A stretch of DNA of 40,581 bases, from positions 1 through 40,581 of IMG/VR virus record IMGVR_UViG_3300005611_000070; one strand, 5' to 3'. Below, piece by piece: positions 24,920-34,023 of this stretch (position 1 is its first letter; each line of letters begins with the position of its first letter). Made by a program: the position numbers and the translations under genes. The notes below the pieces were generated by a model that saw only the letters and a program-made list of their open reading frames with translations, was not told where the DNA came from and did no database searches. The stretch comes from a virus. Lineage: Duplodnaviria; Caudoviricetes.

Positions 24920-25671
24920 TTTATTCTCCATAATTCTTTAGCGACCTGTATGCTACTGTTATCCCACATAAACGAAGTCATGTCAGGGTAGAACTGGTCA
25001 ACCAAAGAGTTAATATTATTATTTTGTAAAAGGTTCATCATTGCTGATGCAACCCTGTACACCTCATTTAATCTCATGTCTATATCGTCTACCTCAAAGG
25101 TTATGACCTCTGCTTTCGTTTTGGTCACATAGAGATAATCGGCATAGGCACGATTTTTTTCCAACGCAGTAGCATAAATTGCTATCTGCCTTTGAACTTG
25201 TGGGGTCAATGCTGATGGTCTTTTTGCAGTAGTCTTTATATCTCTAATGCAATCATCATATTCCATATCAACAAACCCTAGAACTGGTATGGGCAGGTCA
25301 TCAAACTCTAGTTCTACTTTCTTTTGATAACTTACAGGCTCACCTAAATTTTCATAAAAGGGTAAACCTACCTCTAAATACTTTTCTATATTGTTATATT
25401 CTGTCTCTGCTTTTTCTTGGTCAAATACATTGCCTTGTTTCTTTTCATAATTCATCAATGCTTTAAATTCTTTTTGTGCTTCTGCAACTGATGTCTTGTT
25501 ACCAATTGCATGGTCAATAACTGTTCCTCTTAACATTGCAGGATTCGTTGGTGATTTATGTTTTGCTAAATACCTGACTATGAATAAAGGTATATCTTGC
25601 ATAAATAGATTTATAGAACTTGCTGAAAGGTGTTCTATGTCAAATTGGTCAAATGGATTGTTACTATTCAT
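24916..25671 (-). CDS. PD-(D/E)XK (Cas4/RecB-like) exonuclease
   Basis: HLSASSIN...RGTVID...GFVDMEY...DIKTT...QIAIYA. Confidence 0.8.
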   Translation of the reverse strand: MNSNNPFDQFDIEHLSASSINLFMQDIPLFIVRYLAKHKSPTNPAMLRGTVIDHAIGNKTSVAEAQKEFKALMNYEKKQGNVFDQEKAETEYNNIEKYLEVGLPFYENLGEPVSYQKKVELEFDDLPIPVLGFVDMEYDDCIRDIKTTAKRPSALTPQVQRQIAIYATALEKNRAYADYLYVTKTKAEVITFEVDDIDMRLNEVYRVASAMMNLLQNNNINSLVDQFYPDMTSFMWDNSSIQVAKELWRIK

Positions 25672-25724
25672 TTTATATCCTCATTTTATTACTTAATGGA
25701 TTAGTATACACCCTTTTTGGAATA

Positions 25725-26348
25725 TTAGTAGTCCACATTGCAAATTATTTCTTGTTCTTTTCTGCCATCAAGATATGAGAGTATCTGTGACTTAGATATA
25801 TCTTTTGTGAACACCTGATACCCTTTATTAAATCTGTTGGCAAACCATTCTGCTGTTTCTTTGCTTAGACTCCATGATAATCCTTTGTCGTCTGTGCCAC
25901 CTCTGTAGATTGTTACTGTGTCAGGTAGATTGTCATAGACCTCTCTTTCTTTATCGTTCATCATCATCTGTGGTTCACTAAACTCTAAGGTCAATAGCTC
26001 AATCCAAGTATCAAGATTTTCATAGACGTTTTCTGTGTCTTGCCATAACCAAGATATTAGATTCCAGTATTCTTCTTTAGTTGGTTGCCACCAATCTTGT
26101 AGAACCTCTTGAGTTGATGTAACTCTGTAAGGTCTTTCAATAAGAAAGATAAGAGATTCTATATCCTGTTGCTCGTAATACTTTTGGAACTTCTCTTTTT
26201 TAAATTCGTATGAATCATTAATCATATCGTTTAAAAATGGATGCCCTGTATAAGTACCTACATACAATGGATGATGAACCATCTGCAAACCACTGTTGAG
26301 TTTAACAATGTTGTTTTGCAGGTCTTTGTGAAGTGTTGATTCTGTCAT
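25725..26348 (-). CDS. hypothetical protein with ADP-ribosyltransferase-like R-S-E motifs
   Basis: TIYRG...GLSWSL...AEWFA...EQEII in the C-terminal half. Confidence 0.5.
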   Translation of the reverse strand: MTESTLHKDLQNNIVKLNSGLQMVHHPLYVGTYTGHPFLNDMINDSYEFKKEKFQKYYEQQDIESLIFLIERPYRVTSTQEVLQDWWQPTKEEYWNLISWLWQDTENVYENLDTWIELLTLEFSEPQMMMNDKEREVYDNLPDTVTIYRGGTDDKGLSWSLSKETAEWFANRFNKGYQVFTKDISKSQILSYLDGRKEQEIICNVDY

Positions 26349-26416
26349 TTTATGTTTTCAATTTATTTGTGTTAATTTATAAAAAGCAGTATAATCCATA
26401 ATGGATTTCATATCAA
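26346..26416 (-). promoter_or_regulatory. sigma70-type promoter with palindromic operator in the spacer
   Basis: Minus strand TTGATA (26416-26411), 17 nt spacer TGAAATCCATTATGGAT, TATACT (26393-26388); AATAAATTGA in the leader. Confidence 0.75.
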
Positions 26417-26441
26417 TATAAAATATAGAAAAGGTGAAAGA

Positions 26442-26651
26442 ATGAAATTAAAAGAATATTTAAGTGAAAACGAATTAACACAAGATAAATTCATAAGAGA
26501 GATGGAAAAAGAAACTGGACATAGATTGTCTCAGGGCGGTCTTTCAAAATATATTTTAGAATCTCGTATACCAAGAAAAGCAGAAATGATTGCTATTCAT
26601 AAATTTACAAAGGGTGCGGTTCAACCAAACGATTTTTATTTAGTCAAATAG
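26442..26651 (+). CDS. Cro/XRE-like HTH transcriptional regulator
   Basis: MKLKEYL...LTQDKF...LSQGGLSKYILESRIP...IHKFTKGAVQPNDFY; divergent from the early operon. Confidence 0.8.
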   Translation: MKLKEYLSENELTQDKFIREMEKETGHRLSQGGLSKYILESRIPRKAEMIAIHKFTKGAVQPNDFYLVK

Positions 26652-27318
26652 CAAGGTCTTTATACCAGTCATCATTAGATGACTTTTTCTCCTCAGGAGT
26701 TTTAATCTCTTGCATCTGATAATCCTCGTAATCAAGGAATCTTTTTTGTGAGAGCCACGTTGAGCAATGTGGTATATATTTTTTGTCAGTGCCTTTGATT
26801 TCTAAATCATTTAGATATCTTTCTAGGTAAAGCATAATTTTATTTGCTTTAAATTTTCTTGTAACAATCTTGTACTTGATTAAAGACAATGCTTTGTTTT
26901 CTTTTCTTGGATACAGCTTCCAAAACTTTTTAAAATCATCATTTATATCTTTCGTATCATCTTTAGGTTCATCTTTAGTATTGGGTGGGGTGGAGGCAAG
27001 GGGGGTGGGGGTCTGTAGACCCATAGGGGGGTTATCCGCACCCCCAAGGGTCATGAAGTATCTGTTTGATGTATTACCACCATCTTTATTAAATCTTTTT
27101 TGTATTTTTAAAAGTCCAAGGTCTTCAAACTCTTTAACAATTTTTGCAATGTGTTTTGTATCTTTTAAACCTGCAAGTTTTGCAATGTGTGAATAACTTG
27201 GGTAACAACTGTTTTCATCATCACAGTAATTGGCTAGTAGTATTAGTATTAATCTCTTAGTTGGTGTTTGACCTTCAAACTGAATCTTTAGTGCTTTGTT
27301 AAGACATTCTATGGACAT
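26644..27318 (-). CDS. replication initiator protein (N-terminal HTH_36-like)
   Basis: KRLILILLANYCDDENSCYPSYSHIAKLAG...SNRY; C-terminal FKKFWKLYPRKENK...YIPHCSTWLSQKRF. Confidence 0.8.
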   Translation of the reverse strand: MSIECLNKALKIQFEGQTPTKRLILILLANYCDDENSCYPSYSHIAKLAGLKDTKHIAKIVKEFEDLGLLKIQKRFNKDGGNTSNRYFMTLGGADNPPMGLQTPTPLASTPPNTKDEPKDDTKDINDDFKKFWKLYPRKENKALSLIKYKIVTRKFKANKIMLYLERYLNDLEIKGTDKKYIPHCSTWLSQKRFLDYEDYQMQEIKTPEEKKSSNDDWYKDLAI

Positions 27319-27347
27319 TCTTTCCTCTCTTTTATAAATGGTTGTTT

Positions 27348-27390
27348 AAGATAATATGCAGATAAAAATGTGTCAATACAAAATGGATTA
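27348..27390 (-). promoter_or_regulatory. promoter of the replication initiator
   Basis: Minus strand TTGACA (27376-27371), 17 nt spacer, TATCTT (27353-27348); operator-like TAATCCATTTTGTAT abuts the -35. Confidence 0.6.
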
Positions 27391-27447
27391 TAAATGCTAT
27401 AATTTATAATATATTTTTTTTAAGTTAAAATAATGTGAGGAGTTCCT

Positions 27448-28695
27448 ATGAATATAACAGATGTTAAAATTGATGATATAACACCCTACCACGATAATCC
27501 TCGTGTAAACACAGATGCAATTAATGTTGTGAAGAAATCATTATCAGAGTTTGGTTTTCAACAACCATTAGTACTTGATAAAAATAATGTGATAATTGTA
27601 GGTCATACAAGATTTGCTGCTGCAAAAGAACTGGGTTTTGAAAGTGTGCCGTGTTATGTAGCAGACAATTTATCTGAAGATAAAATCAAAGCATATAGAA
27701 TTATGGATAATAAATCTGCAGAGTATGCTTCTTGGAACTATGGGTTATTAACAAAAGAAATAACTGATTTATTAGAAAATGATTATGACTTAGAGTTCAC
27801 AGGCTTCACTGATGTTGAACTTGAGGATATGGGTTTTGACATGAACCTTGAATCATTTGTAGAGGAACCTCAATCTGATGAAGATGTTATACCTGAAATA
27901 GATGAAGATAAACCGCCAATATCCAAGATGGGTGATGTTTGGATATTAGGTAATCACAGACTTTTGTGTGGAGATAGCACCTCTATAGATGATGTTGAAA
28001 AGCTAATGAATAAAGAACGTGCCGATATGATATTTACTGACCCACCTTGGAATGTTAACTATGGAGCAACAGACCATCCAACATGGAAACAAAGAACAAT
28101 ATTAAATGACCATATGCCTGAAGATGAATGGGCAGATTTTGTGATGGGATTTTGCACATCACTAAAGATAGCAAGTAAAGGTGGATGCATGACTTATTTA
28201 GTTATGTCCGCACAAGAATGGGCAATTGTGGACAAAACATTAAGAGATAATGGTTTTCATTGGTCTAGCACAATTATATGGGCAAAGGATGCACTTGTTA
28301 TATCAAGAAAAGATTATCATACACAATATGAGCCAATATGGTATGGGTGGAATGCAGACGATTCAAGATTATCTCCACTACTAGACAGAAAACAATCTGA
28401 TGTTTGGAATGTGGACAGACCAAGAGTATCTAAATTACATCCAACAACTAAACCAGTGGAACTGGTGGAAAGAGCAATCAACAACTCATCACAAAGAACA
28501 AACCTTGTATTAGATTTATTCCTTGGTTCAGGCTCAACTTTAATTGCTGCTGAAAAAACAGGTAGACGATGCTTTGGAATGGAGTTAGACCCCAAATATG
28601 CAGATGTAATAATTGAAAGATGGCAAAACTATACTGGTAAGAATGCTGTGCTTGAATCAACAGATGAGATATATAACAGCTTGAGTGCAAAATAA
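27448..28695 (+). CDS. ParB/Srx-domain plus N6A/N4C DNA methyltransferase fusion
   Basis: ITPYHDNPR...FGFQQPLVLD...GHTR; IFTDPPWNV; HPTTKPVEL; VLDLFLGSGST; GMELDPKY. Confidence 0.92.
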   Translation: MNITDVKIDDITPYHDNPRVNTDAINVVKKSLSEFGFQQPLVLDKNNVIIVGHTRFAAAKELGFESVPCYVADNLSEDKIKAYRIMDNKSAEYASWNYGLLTKEITDLLENDYDLEFTGFTDVELEDMGFDMNLESFVEEPQSDEDVIPEIDEDKPPISKMGDVWILGNHRLLCGDSTSIDDVEKLMNKERADMIFTDPPWNVNYGATDHPTWKQRTILNDHMPEDEWADFVMGFCTSLKIASKGGCMTYLVMSAQEWAIVDKTLRDNGFHWSSTIIWAKDALVISRKDYHTQYEPIWYGWNADDSRLSPLLDRKQSDVWNVDRPRVSKLHPTTKPVELVERAINNSSQRTNLVLDLFLGSGSTLIAAEKTGRRCFGMELDPKYADVIIERWQNYTGKNAVLESTDEIYNSLSAK

Positions 28696-28749
28696 TTCAA
28701 TTTGTAATATTATTAGCAAATATGTATCATTTACAAAAAAATACAAAAA

Positions 28750-29310
28750 ATGGCTAGTAAAAAACCTAAATATAATAAAATCACATCTGAACTTAAAGAG
28801 CAGTTAAGAACCTCTTATGTTCAGGGAGACATTGACCCACAAGGATTTAGAAGAACAGCAACTATTGAGGATTTAGCAGATTTACATAAATTATCAAAAA
28901 ATACGCTGTATAAACTAGCACAAAGAGAAAATTGGAAGTTTCAACAAGAAAAGTTTCAACATGAGTATGAAGAAAAATTAGATGCCCAAAGAATAAAAGA
29001 GTTTTCTGTTGAAGCTAAAAAATTAGATTCAGCTTGTTTAAATATTGCAAAGGCATTACTTGCAAGATGTGGTAATGTGATTAGAAATACTCAAAATGCA
29101 TCTATAAAAGATTTCACACCACAACAATTAGATTCAATGGCAAGTGCTGCATTGAAAACACAAAAATTTGCAAAATTAGCACTAGGAGAGTCAACCGATA
29201 ACATAAATCTAAATGGAAACTTACAGGAACATGACACCTTCAGAAGAGCTATGGAGTTGCTTGACTCGGTTGAAGAGAGCAGAAGCAAAGGCAATAGCAC
29301 TACGCACTGA
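28750..29310 (+). CDS. terS: terminase small subunit
   Basis: N-terminal HTH (TIEDLADLHKLSKNTLYKLAQRENW) plus helical region; directly upstream of TerL. Confidence 0.65.
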   Translation: MASKKPKYNKITSELKEQLRTSYVQGDIDPQGFRRTATIEDLADLHKLSKNTLYKLAQRENWKFQQEKFQHEYEEKLDAQRIKEFSVEAKKLDSACLNIAKALLARCGNVIRNTQNASIKDFTPQQLDSMASAALKTQKFAKLALGESTDNINLNGNLQEHDTFRRAMELLDSVEESRSKGNSTTH

Positions 29311-30514
29311 ATGGTTAGATACAGCTAGAGATAAGCAATTACAACCTAAAGATGTTGAGCATTATATATGGTTGATATTAGCAGGGCGTGGTTGGGGTAA
29401 AACTCGCACAGGTGCTCAAGACATCGCCCTGTATGCATTAAGAAATCCAAACTCTAGTTGTGCTGTGGTTGCACCAACACATGGCGACCTAAGGCGTGTG
29501 TGCTTTGGTGGTCCTTCAGGTTTAATATCAATTATTCCTAAGGAATGTTTTATACAATCAAATGACCAAAAGGGCTACTCATCAAGTGTTGCTGAAATAA
29601 GGTTATTCAATGGTTCAAAAATAACAGGTTATGCAGCACAAGAACCTGAAAGATTAAGAGGTCCGCAGTTCCATAGAGCATGGTGTGATGAGGTTGCAGC
29701 TTGGAGATATCCTGAAGCCTTTGACCAGTTGATGTTTGGTCTTAGACTTGGTGACAATCCACAATGTGTTATAACCACAACACCCAAACCAACTAAATTA
29801 ATAAAAGATTTGGTTCAACGAGATGATGTGCATGTGACATCAGGTAACACTTTTGAAAATGAAGCTAATCTAGCTGAAAGTGCATTAGCAATGTTAAAAG
29901 ACAAATATGAAGGCACTAATTTAGGAAGGCAGGAACTATATGCAGAGATTGTAGATAATCTTGAGGGTGCATTGTGGACTCATGAATTAATAGACGAATC
30001 AAGAACTAATGAAGATAGAGATTTACAACAAATCATAGTAGCGATTGACCCTGCGGTAACAGCTAATGCAAATTCTGACGAAACAGGTATAGTGGTAGTA
30101 GGAAAAGACTTTAATAATCATTATTATGTCTTAGAAGACTTATCAGGGAGACATCCGCCTGATAAATGGGGTAGAATAGCTATTAATGCTTTCTATGAAT
30201 GGGAAGCTGATAGAATAGTAGCTGAAGTGAACAATGGTGGCGACTTGGTAGAAAGACTGATTAGAAATATAGACCACAATGTTTCTTACAGAAGTGTAAG
30301 AGCAACAAGAGGTAAAATTCTAAGAGCAGAACCAATAGCAGCTTTGTATGAACAAAGGAGAGTACATCATATGGATGTGTTCTCAGAGTTAGAATCGCAA
30401 ATGTGCAGTTATACTGGCGAAACAAATAGTTCACCTGATAGATTAGATGCTTTAGTATGGGGATTGACCGAACTAAGTAAATCTAAAGGACAAGTAAACT
30501 GGAGAATAAGCTGA
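29213..30514 (+). CDS. terL: terminase large subunit (start uncertain: 29213, 29231 or TTG 29261)
   Basis: Walker A AGRGWGKT, LRGPQFHRAWCDE Walker B, TTTP coupling motif, RNase H-type VAIDPA...SPDRLDALVW. Confidence 0.95.
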   Translation: METYRNMTPSEELWSCLTRLKRAEAKAIALRTEWLDTARDKQLQPKDVEHYIWLILAGRGWGKTRTGAQDIALYALRNPNSSCAVVAPTHGDLRRVCFGGPSGLISIIPKECFIQSNDQKGYSSSVAEIRLFNGSKITGYAAQEPERLRGPQFHRAWCDEVAAWRYPEAFDQLMFGLRLGDNPQCVITTTPKPTKLIKDLVQRDDVHVTSGNTFENEANLAESALAMLKDKYEGTNLGRQELYAEIVDNLEGALWTHELIDESRTNEDRDLQQIIVAIDPAVTANANSDETGIVVVGKDFNNHYYVLEDLSGRHPPDKWGRIAINAFYEWEADRIVAEVNNGGDLVERLIRNIDHNVSYRSVRATRGKILRAEPIAALYEQRRVHHMDVFSELESQMCSYTGETNSSPDRLDALVWGLTELSKSKGQVNWRIS

Positions 30515-32538
30515 TGGCACAACAAACATTTTTTCAAAGACTGTTTAACATACAACCTGTACAAGAACAAAAGAACTCAAATATGATGGGTTATTTTGGT
30601 GTTGGCACTGAAGAAGCAAAGATTTATAAATATCAAGACTTAGCAAAAGAAGGATATTTAAAGAACGCAATTGTTTACAGATGTGTAAATGAAATATCTA
30701 AAGGTGCAAGTGCTGTACCTTTTGTTATAAAAGCAGGAGACCAAATAATTGAACAACACCCACTTATTGACCTACTTAACAGACCCAATCCTTTACAATC
30801 CTACTCAGAGTTTTTTAATTCCTTATTTGGTTATGTGCTTCTTAGTGGTAATGCATACATTCTTAAAGTAGGAAGTGAGTTAGGACAACCAAAAGAATTA
30901 CATCAATTAAGACCTGACAGAATTAATATTAAAGGTGGTGGAAACCCAATACCTGAAAAGTACGAATATATTTTGAATGGCAGAGTTCATCAAACTTATA
31001 TGGTTGACCAAGAAAATGGTTTTAGTGAACTCAAGCACGTTAAATTATGGAATCCATTAGATGATTACTATGGATTAAGCCCTATGAGTGCTGCTGCTGT
31101 TGAAGTAGACCAATTCAATATGTCTAGTAAACATAATGTCAATCTATTACAAAATGGAGCAAGACCAAGTGGTGCTGTTATATTTAAACCACAAGATGAT
31201 GCAGGTTTTGCAGTTAACTTAACTGAATCACAAAGACAACAATTACTCACAGACTTAAACAATAGATTTAGTGGTGCAGGTAATGCAGGTAGACCAATGT
31301 TGCTTGAGGGTGACTTTGATTGGAAAGAAATGGGTTTAAGTCCTAAAGATATGGATTTTGCACAATTGAAAAATATGAGTGCAACTGATATAGCGTTATG
31401 TTTTGGTGTTCCAAGTCAGTTAGTTGGTGTTCCTGATGCACAAACATATTCAAACGTAGCTGAAGCACGACTTGCTTTGTATGAGGAGACAATTATTCCT
31501 CATTTAAGAAAGATTGCATCTGACCTAAACGAATGGTTAGTACCAATGTTTGATGAAAGATTTAGACTGGAGTTTGATATAGATGCCATACCTGCACTAT
31601 CAGAAAGACGTAGAAAGATATACGAAAACGTAACCAGTGCAGTTCGTGAAGGCATTATGACAAGAAACGAAGCAAGAAAGATTATAGGATTAGAACCAGT
31701 ACAAGGTGCAGATGATTTATATGTATCAGCTAACTTATTCCCTATAGGTGATGAAGGTGTAGAGCAACCTGAGAACCCAGTCAATGAAGAAGACTTAGAA
31801 GATTATGATGAAGACGAAGTAGATAAAGAGATTGATTTCTTTTTACAAGAAGAAAAAGCATTATCAGATATAGACACAATTCCTACCAAAGAAATGGCAG
31901 AAGAAGCAAAGGAAGGGCTTGAACTTAGAAAAAAGTTCAATAGGGGTGGCACTGCTGTCGGTGTTGCTCGTGCAAACCAATTGATAAGAAGAGAAAGACT
32001 ATCCATATCTACAGTTAAAAGAATGTTCAGTTTTTTTAGCAGACATGAAGTAGATAAAGAAGCACAAGGTTTTAGACGAGGTGAAGAAGGATATCCAAGT
32101 GCAGGAAAGATTGCTTGGTTGCTTTGGGGTGGTGATTCAGGCTTTGCTTGGGCAAAAAGAAAACGTCAGCAAATCATAACTGAGGAAGACAAAGAGTTTG
32201 CTTTACAAGAACACATAGAAGCTAAAGAAGATGAAAAGGCTTTATCAGGTAAAGTTAAAGAAGCCTTAGAAGGTAAAGTTAAAGACCACAACGACAAATA
32301 TGGTAATTCTAAAACCAAAAGAGTAACTCTTAGAATGTTAGAAGCTGTTTTCAGAAGAGGAGTTGGTGCTTATAGAAATAATCCAAGTTCAGTAAGACCG
32401 AGTGTTAATTCACCTGACCAATGGGCATATGCACGTGTCAATAGTTTTTTAAGAGCATTATCAACTGGTAAATTTAGAGGTGGTAAACATGATACTGATT
32501 TATTCCCAAAAGGACATCCGCTATCCAGTAAGACATGA
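30514..32538 (+). CDS. HK97-family portal protein with long C-terminal extension
   Basis: VYRCVNEI...LLNRPNP...LLSGNAY...YGLSP...NGARPSG...FGVP...GIMTRNEAR, then about 230 extra aa. Confidence 0.92.
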   Translation: MAQQTFFQRLFNIQPVQEQKNSNMMGYFGVGTEEAKIYKYQDLAKEGYLKNAIVYRCVNEISKGASAVPFVIKAGDQIIEQHPLIDLLNRPNPLQSYSEFFNSLFGYVLLSGNAYILKVGSELGQPKELHQLRPDRINIKGGGNPIPEKYEYILNGRVHQTYMVDQENGFSELKHVKLWNPLDDYYGLSPMSAAAVEVDQFNMSSKHNVNLLQNGARPSGAVIFKPQDDAGFAVNLTESQRQQLLTDLNNRFSGAGNAGRPMLLEGDFDWKEMGLSPKDMDFAQLKNMSATDIALCFGVPSQLVGVPDAQTYSNVAEARLALYEETIIPHLRKIASDLNEWLVPMFDERFRLEFDIDAIPALSERRRKIYENVTSAVREGIMTRNEARKIIGLEPVQGADDLYVSANLFPIGDEGVEQPENPVNEEDLEDYDEDEVDKEIDFFLQEEKALSDIDTIPTKEMAEEAKEGLELRKKFNRGGTAVGVARANQLIRRERLSISTVKRMFSFFSRHEVDKEAQGFRRGEEGYPSAGKIAWLLWGGDSGFAWAKRKRQQIITEEDKEFALQEHIEAKEDEKALSGKVKEALEGKVKDHNDKYGNSKTKRVTLRMLEAVFRRGVGAYRNNPSSVRPSVNSPDQWAYARVNSFLRALSTGKFRGGKHDTDLFPKGHPLSSKT

Positions 32539-33347
32539 AGCTCAATCAAAAGAGATTTAATACCTTTAGACAAAGGTCAATCAGTAACAGAGCAGAAACA
32601 AGAAGACAACTTGCACTTAGAAACAATTTAGAAAAAAGATTCTTTAAAAGACTCAACACCTTGTTTAGAAAATTCCTTAATACACAACTATATACTTACA
32701 GAGAATTTGGCATCTATGATGATAGTGTAGCAACGCAATTATTAAATGAAGATTTTATGCCACTGATACTGACTCATTATAGAAGAATCTTTCAAGTGGT
32801 ATACAAAGCTAACGAAGATAAATATTTTAATAATCAAAAACAAGAAGCACTGGTATTTGGAAGAAGCACAGATTTTGAAGAAGTGGTTCAAAATTATTTT
32901 AATACAAGACAATTAGTATTAGAAGGTATAACTACAAGAATGGCTAATAGAATCAGCAGATTGATTGAACAAGGTAGAGCAGACAATTTAACATTGCCAG
33001 AAATAGCTAAGTTAGTATCAAGCAAGTTTTTACCAATCAGTAGAACAAGAGCTGCTTTAATTGCTAGAACTGAAACTCATAACGCAGCATCTTTTGCTAA
33101 TCATTCTTATCATCAAAAAGTAGAAGCAGACTTAGGAATTAAGATGATGAAAAAATGGGTGGCAACTAGTGATGCAAGAACAAGGTCAACTCACGCTGCT
33201 GCAAGTGGACAAGTTGTAGATATGAATGAAGACTTTACTGTTGGCGGTATGCCAATGGGATATGCAGGTGACCCTAAAGGTGGAGTCGCCAACGTCATCA
33301 ACTGTAGATGTGTAATTATCTACGCTGATGAACGTGACATGGATTAA
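32535..33347 (+). CDS. MuF / SPP1 gp7-like minor head protein
   Basis: RAALIARTETHNA...KKWVATSDARTRSTH...NVINCRC. Confidence 0.88.
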   Translation: MKLNQKRFNTFRQRSISNRAETRRQLALRNNLEKRFFKRLNTLFRKFLNTQLYTYREFGIYDDSVATQLLNEDFMPLILTHYRRIFQVVYKANEDKYFNNQKQEALVFGRSTDFEEVVQNYFNTRQLVLEGITTRMANRISRLIEQGRADNLTLPEIAKLVSSKFLPISRTRAALIARTETHNAASFANHSYHQKVEADLGIKMMKKWVATSDARTRSTHAAASGQVVDMNEDFTVGGMPMGYAGDPKGGVANVINCRCVIIYADERDMD

Positions 33348-33712
33348 TTTAGCGGAATAAACTCCATATAAGGTTCTTCAGTATATCCTTCAGGCAACCA
33401 TACAATTTGTTTTGTTAAAACATCTATGTCAATTTTAACATCATCATTACCACCTTCTTCGTCAGACCCAATAACAATGCATCTGCCACAATAAGCTATA
33501 GGATTTGCAACTGTGAATTGAAAGTATCTTTGGTTATTCTTTAATTTACCTTCATCATCAAAATACATAACTGTGTCTAATCCTATTTGCTGTGCATCTA
33601 TTAAATCGCAATCCATGATGCTGTAAAAAGATTTCAAATTATCATCTATATCAATATATGAAGTAGAACAGTCAACTGGGTCAATTAATATTGCTTTTAT
33701 TTTTTTAGTCAT
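33344..33712 (-). CDS. DUF3846-like protein
   Basis: KAILIDP...LKSFYSIMDCDLID...MYFDDEGKLK...GRCIVIGSDEEG. Confidence 0.65.
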   Translation of the reverse strand: MTKKIKAILIDPVDCSTSYIDIDDNLKSFYSIMDCDLIDAQQIGLDTVMYFDDEGKLKNNQRYFQFTVANPIAYCGRCIVIGSDEEGGNDDVKIDIDVLTKQIVWLPEGYTEEPYMEFIPLN

Positions 33713-33723
33713 TTTATATCCTT

Positions 33724-33750
33724 AAAATAAAGGCAGCCTTAAGCTGCCTT
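33724..33750 (-). terminator. hairpin / weak terminator at the end of the ArdC-like gene
   Basis: Minus strand AAGGCAGC-TTAAG-GCTGCCTT followed by TATTTT; the stop codon lies in the loop. Confidence 0.55.
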
Positions 33751-34023
33751 GTTAGTTTCAATTCTTGCTAATACTTCCGCAGCGTTAAAGACTGAGAAAT
33801 ATTTTCTAATTTTTTTCTTTTCTCCAGTTTCTTTATCTTTGTCTTCTTTATAAAAGATAAGTGTTGCTGCTTTTTTTAGACCTTTTAAAGATTGACCTGT
33901 GATTCCATCAATTTTTAAAGCCTGTTTAAATGTTACAAAAGAATCATCTTCATTAAATCCTAATGATTCAAGAGTCTGAATGTTTTCTCCTGTGTATTCT
34001 CTTTGTGTTAGATAGTTTTTCAT
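33739..34023 (-). CDS. ArdC N-terminal-like ssDNA-binding protein
   Basis: NYLTQREYTGENIQTL...FVTFKQA...ATLIFY...RKYFSVFN. Confidence 0.7.
   Translation of the reverse strand: MKNYLTQREYTGENIQTLESLGFNEDDSFVTFKQALKIDGITGQSLKGLKKAATLIFYKEDKDKETGEKKKIRKYFSVFNAAEVLARIETNKAA

Noticed and set aside
24916-25671. Cas4-like nuclease as a sign of CRISPR-Cas
   Set aside because: No other cas genes or array; the ERF/SSB context indicates a phage recombination exonuclease.
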